Source of the DNA: Candidatus Saccharimonadota bacterium | GTDB taxonomy: Bacteria > Patescibacteriota > Gracilibacteria > UBA1369 > 2-02-FULL-48-14 | NCBI GenBank assembly: GCA_016699145.1 | Contig: CP064962.1 | Coordinates: 150,001-182,000, forward strand | DNA length: 32,000 bases | Direction of reading: 5' to 3' | In this document: positions 25,894-32,000 of the stretch, in pieces | How the letters are laid out: each line of letters opens with the position of its first letter | Numbering within the stretch: position 1 is the stretch's first letter | The notes under the pieces: model-generated | What the model was told of the DNA's origin: nothing | Seen by the model: only the letters and a program-made list of their open reading frames with translations | Database searches by the model: none | Position numbers and translations under genes: made by a program

Positions 25894-25992
25894 CGGTGAG
25901 CGGAAGAAAATTGCCAAGGAGGGACTCGTCTACGTATGGCAATGTTGAACCAAGCCACTCCCTGACAATTTTCTTTCATTCACCGTTTCTTT
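25894..25992 (+). ncRNA. Candidate structured small RNA or rmuC leader/attenuator
   Basis: Nt 25894-25913 pair with 25966-25985: 20 positions giving 17 Watson-Crick pairs, 2 G-U pairs and 1 C/A mismatch. They enclose 52 nt and are followed by TTTCTTTC. A competing local hairpin is ATTGCCA (25910-16) / TGGCAAT (25937-43). The structure is directly preceded by the promoter above. Confidence 0.35.
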
Positions 25993-26030
25993 CAAAGGTC
26001 ATCATAAAACTATACAACATTTAATTAAGA

Positions 26031-27146
26031 ATGTCAAATACTATTCTAGCTCTTGTCTTAGCCATTCTGGCAGTGGGGGGACTCATTTTTTTCATCAATA
26101 AGAAGTTCAATGAACTGAAAACTCCTGCCGATGATTCCTCACAAAAATTGATGCTTCAACTGATGGCCGATCTTCGTAAAGAAGTGGGCGAAGGCCATGG
26201 AAAAAATCGGCAAGAACTGGAGGCAAAACTCAACCAAATGACTTTGCTCCTCAAACAACAGCAAAGCGACAACACTCAAACCTTGCAAAAACAATTCGCT
26301 CAAAGCACGGCCATCATTCAAGAAGTAACCAAGAATCTCACCCATCTTCAGGAGACCAACAAACAAGTCGTGGGTTTTGCAGAACAGATGAAAAGTTTAG
26401 AAAACATTCTTAAAAACCCAAAACAGCGCGGCATTTTAGGGGAATATTTTTTAGAAACTTTGCTGAATAATGTATTGGCTCCCGGTCAATATTCCATGCA
26501 ATTCAAAATGGCCAATGGCGAAATTGTGGATGCAGCCATTTTTTACAATCAAATGGTGATTCCCGTCGACGCAAAGTTTTCATTGGAAAAATACAATTTA
26601 ATGATGGAAGAATTGGATGCCGTTCGACGCGAAGAACTTGAAAAAGCCTTCAAAACAGATGTAAAAAAACGCATCGATGAAACTTCCAAATACATTCACG
26701 CCAACGAAGGAACCACCGACTTCGCCTTCATGTTCATCCCAGCAGAAGGCGTTTATTACAACCTGATGGTGGCTCAGGTGGGAAGTCTGCATGTGAATAC
26801 TGAAAACTTACTGGAATACGCCTTTAAAAAACGAGTGATCATCGTCTCCCCCACCTCGTTCTTTGCCTATCTTCAAACAGTGATTCAAGGCATGAAGGCC
26901 ATGAAAATGGAGGAATCCGTAAAAGAAGTCCTCAAAAACATTGAAACCTTAGGTAAGCATGTGGGCGCTTACGATGAATACATGCAAAAACTCGGTAAAC
27001 AATTGGGTACCACCGTAAACACTTACAATACGGCTTCTCGTGAATTCAAAAAAATCGACAAAGACGTTTATAAACTCAGCGACGGAAAAGTTGGCGGAAA
27101 CATCGAAGCCCTGCTTTTGGAAGAAAGGCCCTTAGAGGAGAATTAA
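26031..27146 (+). CDS. rmuC: DNA recombination protein RmuC
   Basis: 371-aa ORF with an N-terminal TM helix, a long coiled coil and the RmuC nuclease-like core (RGILGEYFLETLL, VIPVDAKF, FMFIPAEGVY, VIIVSPTSFFAYLQTV). Confidence 0.9.
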   Translation: MSNTILALVLAILAVGGLIFFINKKFNELKTPADDSSQKLMLQLMADLRKEVGEGHGKNRQELEAKLNQMTLLLKQQQSDNTQTLQKQFAQSTAIIQEVTKNLTHLQETNKQVVGFAEQMKSLENILKNPKQRGILGEYFLETLLNNVLAPGQYSMQFKMANGEIVDAAIFYNQMVIPVDAKFSLEKYNLMMEELDAVRREELEKAFKTDVKKRIDETSKYIHANEGTTDFAFMFIPAEGVYYNLMVAQVGSLHVNTENLLEYAFKKRVIIVSPTSFFAYLQTVIQGMKAMKMEESVKEVLKNIETLGKHVGAYDEYMQKLGKQLGTTVNTYNTASREFKKIDKDVYKLSDGKVGGNIEALLLEERPLEEN

Positions 27147-27172
27147 GTTTTCTGAGCGGGTGTCTTTGAGAC

Positions 27173-27382
27173 TAGAGGCTATCTCAAAAAAAGGAAAGGA
27201 CAAGAACGCAGAGGATTTTAAGCTGAAAGAGCTGAAGACGAAGTCGGCTTAGCTGGGTTAAGTCGACTGAGGATGAAGCTTTTGTAAGCAAAATAATCCA
27301 GTTCTTGCCTTTAAGAGTGCATGGACGGACACGAAGTCAGTGCCGTCCTAAATACTCTGGTCTTTTTTTGAGATAGCCTCTA
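27173..27382. repeat. 210-bp element bounded by perfect 21-bp inverted repeats (MITE-like or structured RNA)
   Basis: TAGAGGCTATCTCAAAAAAAG (27173-27193) is the exact reverse complement of 27362-27382. There is an inner 12-bp pairing of 27195-27207 with 27301-27312 (one bulge) and a hairpin at 27323-27348. Confidence 0.55.
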
Positions 27383-27713
27383 AAACAGAGCCCTGATGCA
27401 AACCCTTGGAGAAGCGATTCAATTCTCTTTGAATATCAGGACTGAGATAGAGCAGATTCTGCCTTTGCAAAGCCTGAATCTGCTCATAAAGGACAAGAAA
27501 ACTCTTTAAGTCATCTCCTTCAGACAAGCCTTTTTCCATTAAACATTGTACTTTTTCATTGACCCTTTGCACCAGGCCCAAAAGTTCCTCATGAGTTAAA
27601 GCTTCAAGCAGGTCCTTCTTTTCGGCTTGCTTTGGAGTCGGGCCTCCTCCTTCAGAATTAGAAGTGAGTCTATCCTCATTATTCATAGCTTCTAAAGCTA
27701 AGAACGTTTTCAA
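27348..27713 (-). CDS. Hypothetical protein (helical, charged)
   Basis: 121-aa ORF with no family recognised. Its last 11 codons are encoded by the right arm of the 21-bp inverted repeat. Confidence 0.45.
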   Translation of the reverse strand: MKTFLALEAMNNEDRLTSNSEGGGPTPKQAEKKDLLEALTHEELLGLVQRVNEKVQCLMEKGLSEGDDLKSFLVLYEQIQALQRQNLLYLSPDIQRELNRFSKGLHQGSVLEAISKKDQSI

Positions 27714-27756
27714 TTTTCAGTCAAGCCATTTGCTTTAAATAAAATTTATGGTTTAA

Positions 27757-28596
27757 TTGAAAGCTCTCTCTCACGGCACGAGCCTCACCTCATTCTATAC
27801 TGAAATGAATCATATACTCGACTCTCTCATGGACCCTCTCGTTATCCTTCACAGACATCTTTTAAGAGAAAAACAGGTAGGCAAAAAGGTAGAAGTGGAG
27901 GGCACCTCACCGAACTTACTCCAAAAAATCGCTCACTTTGGCCCCCTAGGCCTGATTCCATTTTTCCGAGAACAAATAGCTCAAATTCCAAACTTACCAC
28001 ACCTTGGACAAGGTCGCTTGGCTTTGATCGACAGCCAAGTCACTCCTCTAGCTTTCGATCCTCAAAGACTAGCACAGGCCGAAACCAATTTCAGAGCAGC
28101 GTTAGATTGTTGCAAAGAACCTATTTCCGCCGTAAGGGGACAAATCTTGATGCATTTGGGCGATATTGCCTACCTTAGAAATCAGCATCCAATAGCCTTG
28201 GCCTACTATGAGGCGGCCCATTCACAAGGCTTAAAAGATCCGGAGCTCTACTTCAGAACAGCTCAAACAGCATTCGCAATGCAAAGGATGCCTCCCGACT
28301 CCATCCAAACCCTGTTCAAAACGGCCATCAATGGAGGGTCCGTAGCGGCTTTGTACCCGTATGCGCAGTTCTTTAAAGCAAGGCATGACGGAATACCTCG
28401 CCTAACAGTACAACTTTGGATGCGCGCCGCAAGCTACGGGGACGAACGGGCCCAAATAGAGCTACAAAAGGCCGCACCTAGATGGAGACGCTGCATTGAG
28501 CAGGCCACTGAAGAAGAAGCAGCCGCAGATCGCAAGCAAGTGCAGGTGTACTGGGACCGCTTTTTCGCTAAAACCCATGATCGATTCGAAGCCTGA
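27757..28596 (+). CDS. Sel1/TPR-like repeat protein
   Basis: 279-aa ORF. Its C-terminal half has Sel1-like repeat signatures (AYYEAAHSQGLKDPELYF, LWMRAASYGDERAQIELQK). The start is TTG 27757 or ATG 27805. Confidence 0.5.
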   Translation: MKALSHGTSLTSFYTEMNHILDSLMDPLVILHRHLLREKQVGKKVEVEGTSPNLLQKIAHFGPLGLIPFFREQIAQIPNLPHLGQGRLALIDSQVTPLAFDPQRLAQAETNFRAALDCCKEPISAVRGQILMHLGDIAYLRNQHPIALAYYEAAHSQGLKDPELYFRTAQTAFAMQRMPPDSIQTLFKTAINGGSVAALYPYAQFFKARHDGIPRLTVQLWMRAASYGDERAQIELQKAAPRWRRCIEQATEEEAAADRKQVQVYWDRFFAKTHDRFEA

Positions 28597-28635
28597 CTTA
28601 AGCCTTGCCTTTGAACCTGTTTTAACCTAAAGTGG

Positions 28636-29880
28636 GTGGGCTTTATGGCCATCCCTCTTACACAACTCGCTTCCAAACTGGGTTTTACAGAAGCCGAAAT
28701 GGAAAAAAAAATCCTTGAACTTGGTTTTGACGTGAGCGAAAAATTGGAAGACGACTTAGCCGAACTCATCATTGAAGAAGTGCTGGGAAAGGTGAAAAAA
28801 AGTGCCGCCGAATTTTATGATGAAAAAATCGCTGAAGAACAAGAAAAAGAAATCGTAAAAAGCCAACGCAAACAAAAAGCAGGGAAAATCGTAAAAAAAG
28901 CCCCCGCTCGGAATTTTGAACGAATGGAAGTGCGCAAAGGAACGGTTGAAATCCCAGAAAGCATCACCGTAAAAGAACTGGCAGAGAAAACCAGTGTGAG
29001 CGCTGCCGTACTGATTGGAGCCTTGATGAAAAATGGAATTTTGGCCAACATCAATCAAGTCATCGACTACGACACCGCCGTGATCATCACGGCCGACCTC
29101 GGTGTGCAGCTTAAAAAAGCGCACGAAAGCGCAACTGCAGAAGATATTTTTAAGGGAAATTTAGAAAAACTCCTCGAAGAAGATGATGAAGCCATTTTAG
29201 AAAAACGCCCCCCTGTTGTTTGTGTGATGGGTCACGTGGATCACGGAAAAACCACTCTTTTGGACGCTATTCGAGACGCTCATGTGGTGGAGTCGGAAGC
29301 AGGAGGCATCACTCAACACATCGGAGCTTACCAAGTGGAGCATAAGGGGAGAAAAATCACCTTTTTGGACACCCCCGGACACGAAGCTTTCACCGCCATG
29401 CGTGCTCGTGGAGCTCGAGTGACCGATGTAGCCATTTTGGTCGTGGCTGCCGATGACGGAATCATGCCTCAAACCATCGAGGCCATCAATCATGCCAAAG
29501 AAGCCGGTGTACCTGTAGTTGTGGCCATCAATAAAATGGATAAGCCCGATGCCAATCCCAACAAAATCAAAGCTGAATTGGTTGAACACGGCCTACAATC
29601 CGAAGACTGGGGAGGTCAAACCATCATGGTGCCGATTTCTGCCAAAAAACAGGAAGGAATCAATGAATTATTGGAAAGTGTGCTCCTGGTTGCAGATATG
29701 CTCGATTTAAAAGCCAACCCAAAGCGCCCTGCCGTCGCCAGTGTGGTGGAATCTCACCTCGACCCCAGTTTAGGTCCGGTGGCCACCCTACTTGTGAACA
29801 CGGGAACGTTGAATGTAGGAGACAATTTCATTGTGGGGCAAACCTTTGGACGCGTGGAAATTGATGAAAGACGCGCATAA
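28636..29880 (+). CDS. infB: Translation initiation factor IF-2, N-terminal part (short N-domain + G domain + start of domain II)
   Basis: G-domain motifs [20 protein letters not shown] and NKMD. The likely start is ATG 28645. The ORF ends at an in-frame TAA (29878-80) inside the conserved region. Confidence 0.92.
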   Translation: MGFMAIPLTQLASKLGFTEAEMEKKILELGFDVSEKLEDDLAELIIEEVLGKVKKSAAEFYDEKIAEEQEKEIVKSQRKQKAGKIVKKAPARNFERMEVRKGTVEIPESITVKELAEKTSVSAAVLIGALMKNGILANINQVIDYDTAVIITADLGVQLKKAHESATAEDIFKGNLEKLLEEDDEAILEKRPPVVCVMGHVDHGKTTLLDAIRDAHVVESEAGGITQHIGAYQVEHKGRKITFLDTPGHEAFTAMRARGARVTDVAILVVAADDGIMPQTIEAINHAKEAGVPVVVAINKMDKPDANPNKIKAELVEHGLQSEDWGGQTIMVPISAKKQEGINELLESVLLVADMLDLKANPKRPAVASVVESHLDPSLGPVATLLVNTGTLNVGDNFIVGQTFGRVEIDERRA

Positions 29881-29940
29881 AAGAACCTTAAAACGCTGGG
29901 CCCCTCCGATACCGCTCAAATTGCCGGACTCAATGATCCT

Positions 29941-30705
29941 GTGGAAAGCGGCCAAATTTTACAGGTAATGGACACTGAAAAAATTGCTCGCCAAAAAGCC
30001 ATGCAAGTGCACAACATGGCTCGGGAAGAAATGATCAGCGCCGGAATGGGCATGCAAGAAATTTTACAACGCATCAAAGAAGGAACCCTCAAACTCTTAA
30101 AAGTAGTTCTGAAAGCAGACACTCAAGGCTCCTTAGAAGCCATCAAACAAGCGCTCGCAAAAGTGAAAAATGACGACGTTGCGATCCGCGTGATTCACAG
30201 CGGGGTGGGCTCCATTTCTGAATCGGATGTGATGATGGCTGCAGCCAGTCGCGGAACTTTGGTGCTGGGCTTCCACACCGAAGCCAATTTACAGGTTGAA
30301 CGCCTGGCCGAGCGCATGGGCATTGAAGTGGTGACTTATAAAGTCATTTATGAACTGATCGACGACCTCAAGAAGATCTTGACAGGCATGTTACAACCCG
30401 AACTCATCCACATTGAACTGGGCCAATTCAAAGTCATGAAGATCTTTTACACCGGAAAAAATGAAATGGTGGTGGGAGGAGCCATTACAGAAGGCAAAAT
30501 GGAAAAGAAAGCCAAGTTACGAGTTTTGAGAGAAGGTGAAAAAATCGGTGAAGGACAGCTCACCGGACTCAAATTGGTGAATGAAGACGTGGAGATGCTT
30601 GAAAAAGGCACCGAATGTGGAGCGCGTTATCAAGGAAAAGTGAGCCTACAAGAAGGCGACATTTTAGAAGCTTGGAAAGAAGAAAAGAAAATGAAGACCC
30701 TTTAA
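29941..30705 (+). CDS. infB: IF-2, C-terminal part (same frame as the N-terminal part)
   Basis: Homology resumes straight after the TAA (KNLKTLGPSDTAQIAGLNDPVESGQ) and continues through LKADTQGSLEAI, the C2 domain and GTECGARY. The listed GTG at 29941 is only the first start-like codon. Confidence 0.92.
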   Translation: MESGQILQVMDTEKIARQKAMQVHNMAREEMISAGMGMQEILQRIKEGTLKLLKVVLKADTQGSLEAIKQALAKVKNDDVAIRVIHSGVGSISESDVMMAAASRGTLVLGFHTEANLQVERLAERMGIEVVTYKVIYELIDDLKKILTGMLQPELIHIELGQFKVMKIFYTGKNEMVVGGAITEGKMEKKAKLRVLREGEKIGEGQLTGLKLVNEDVEMLEKGTECGARYQGKVSLQEGDILEAWKEEKKMKTL

Positions 30706-30713
30706 GTTTTGTT

Positions 30714-31748
30714 ATGAAAGTTCTTATAACCGGTGGAGCCGGTTTCATTGGCACCAACTACGTTTACGCTCATTTGGCGCGTCATCCGCAAGATGAGCTT
30801 TGGGTCTTGGATGCACTCACCTATTCAGGACATCGTGAAAATTTAGCAGAAGCCGAAGCCAAAGGAGTACACTTTATAGAAGGTCGCATCGAGGATGTTC
30901 CCTTTGTGAGAGACTTGTTCGAGACGGTGGGTTTCGATCTTGTGGTGCACTTTGCCGCCGAAAGCCATGTGGATCGCAGCATCAAAAACCCTGCTGCCTT
31001 CGTGCTCACCAATGTAGTCGGGACTCAAACTCTCTTGGATGCAGCTCGCGATTTCGAAGTAAAGCGCTTCCACCACATCTCCACAGACGAAGTGTATGGA
31101 GACCTCGGGTTCGGTTCAAAAGAGCGTTTCAACGAAAACTCACCCATCCGCCCCAGCAGCCCTTATTCAGCCAGCAAAGCTGCCTCCGATTTTTTAGTGC
31201 TTTCCTACCTGAAAACCTATGGATTGCCTGTGACTCTCAGCCGTTGTTCCAACAACTACGGCCCCTATCAAAGCCTTGAAAACCTCATTCCTCTGCTCAT
31301 CTCTAAAGCAGTAGAAGGCGGCGCTCTACCTCTTTATGGAACCGGAAAAAACGTGAGAGATTGGCTTTTTGTGGAAGATCACTGCGAAGCCATTTTGACC
31401 ATTTTAGAAAAAGGAAAAATTGGAGAAATTTACAATATTGGAGGGGACAGCGAACAAGAAAATGTAGAAGTGGCTCAAAACATTTTGCAAATCTTAAAAA
31501 AGCCAGAATCTCTCATCCACTTTGTAGAGGATCGCAAAGGGCACGACGAACGTTACGCCATCGATTTTTCAAAATTAAAGACCGAATTGGGCTGGAGTCC
31601 AAAAATGAATTTCGAAGAAGGGATGCGCCGCACCGTAGAATGGTATACACTGAGCACATATGAAAGGAGTCCTACTCGCGGGGGGAACCGGATCTCGGCT
31701 CGCTCCACTCACCAAAGTCACGAACAAACATCTGCTGCCGGTCTATAA
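30714..31748 (+). CDS. rmlB: dTDP-glucose 4,6-dehydratase
   Basis: MKVLITGGAGFIGTNYV Rossmann motif, catalytic YSASKAASD, and TVEWY near the C-terminus. The last ~29 codons are low-complexity and overlap rmlA, so the true end is uncertain. Confidence 0.9.
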   Translation: MKVLITGGAGFIGTNYVYAHLARHPQDELWVLDALTYSGHRENLAEAEAKGVHFIEGRIEDVPFVRDLFETVGFDLVVHFAAESHVDRSIKNPAAFVLTNVVGTQTLLDAARDFEVKRFHHISTDEVYGDLGFGSKERFNENSPIRPSSPYSASKAASDFLVLSYLKTYGLPVTLSRCSNNYGPYQSLENLIPLLISKAVEGGALPLYGTGKNVRDWLFVEDHCEAILTILEKGKIGEIYNIGGDSEQENVEVAQNILQILKKPESLIHFVEDRKGHDERYAIDFSKLKTELGWSPKMNFEEGMRRTVEWYTLSTYERSPTRGGNRISARSTHQSHEQTSAAGL

Positions 31749-32000
31749 GCAGCCCATGATCTATTACCCTTTGCTAAAAATGAAGCAAATGGGCATTGAA
31801 AGTGTTTTACTCGTGTCTGGAAGAGGCCACGCAGGTCACTTTTTGGAGCTTTTAGGAGGAGGAAATGAATTTGGCCTTAAATTGGCTTATGAAGTTCAAG
31901 AAGAAGCCGGCGGAATCGCTCAAGCTTTAAGCCTTGCAGAAGATTTTGTGGGAAACGAGCCCTTCACCGTGCTTTTAGGGGACAATATTTTCGAAGACGA
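31660..32000 (+). CDS. rmlA: Glucose-1-phosphate thymidylyltransferase, 5' partial; runs off the window
   Basis: ATG 31660 opens MKGVLLAGGTGSRLAPLTKVTNKHLLPVYKQPMIYYPL...GGIAQAL...LLGDNIF, the RmlA N-terminal nucleotide-binding signature. The ORF has no stop within the window, which is why it is missing from the ORF track. Confidence 0.9.
   Translation, partial: MKGVLLAGGTGSRLAPLTKVTNKHLLPVYKQPMIYYPLLKMKQMGIESVLLVSGRGHAGHFLELLGGGNEFGLKLAYEVQEEAGGIAQALSLAEDFVGNEPFTVLLGDNIFED

Noticed and set aside
25894-25985. The long hairpin as SRP (4.5S) RNA
   Set aside because: The segment CGGAAGAAAAUUGCCAAGG superficially resembles the E. coli 4.5S CGGAAGGAAGCAGCCAAGG. However, treating GGAA as the helix-8 tetraloop leaves no supporting stem or symmetric-loop partner strand, and the 20-bp long-range stem is incompatible with that fold.
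1-32000. Alternative genetic code (UGA recoded, as in some CPR lineages) as the explanation for the broken genes
   Set aside because: Conserved genes terminate correctly at TGA (rluD, ruvB, the methyltransferase, TrmB-like paralogue 1) and contain no in-frame TGA. The infB interruption is a TAA, and the others are frame changes rather than stop codons.

Overview
This 32 kb window is bacterial chromosome using the standard genetic code: TGA, TAA and TAG all terminate conserved genes, and no conserved ORF contains an in-frame TGA. Most of it is housekeeping genes on both strands: lepB, gatB, a WecG/TagA-family glycosyltransferase, a Trm9-like methyltransferase divergent from a bacterial Elp3, recG, tyrS, an RluD-family pseudouridine synthase, ruvB, clpC, rpsA (four S1 domains), rmuC, infB, rmlB, the 5' part of rmlA, and one tRNA-Arg(UCU). 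The compact layout, orphan gatB, short IF-2, many small membrane ORFs and weak or absent Shine-Dalgarno sequences suggest a streamlined, possibly CPR/Patescibacteria-like genome, but that is inference only. Six parts are not explained by housekeeping content. (1) The Elp3 + Trm9-like pair may be a complete bacterial (m)cm5U34 module. (2) Two large uncharacterised membrane proteins (6633-9448) meet at a T_TTA_AAA slippery heptamer. (3) A frameshifted Bro-N gene and an AT-rich decayed segment lie between recG and tyrS. (4) Two convergent TrmB-like paralogues have their last nine codons encoded on the two arms of one 31-nt palindrome, next to a low-GC two-gene operon that abuts the 3' end of the tRNA. 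(5) A good promoter followed by a roughly 90-nt long-stem RNA candidate lies upstream of rmuC. (6) A 210-bp element bounded by perfect 21-bp inverted repeats lies downstream of rmuC. One caveat applies throughout: I count eight to ten reading-frame disruptions, including several in clpC and infB and mostly at A/T homopolymers. These point to assembly indel errors, or less likely gene decay, and should be resolved before biological interpretation. I saw no CRISPR array, rRNA, transposase or integrase.
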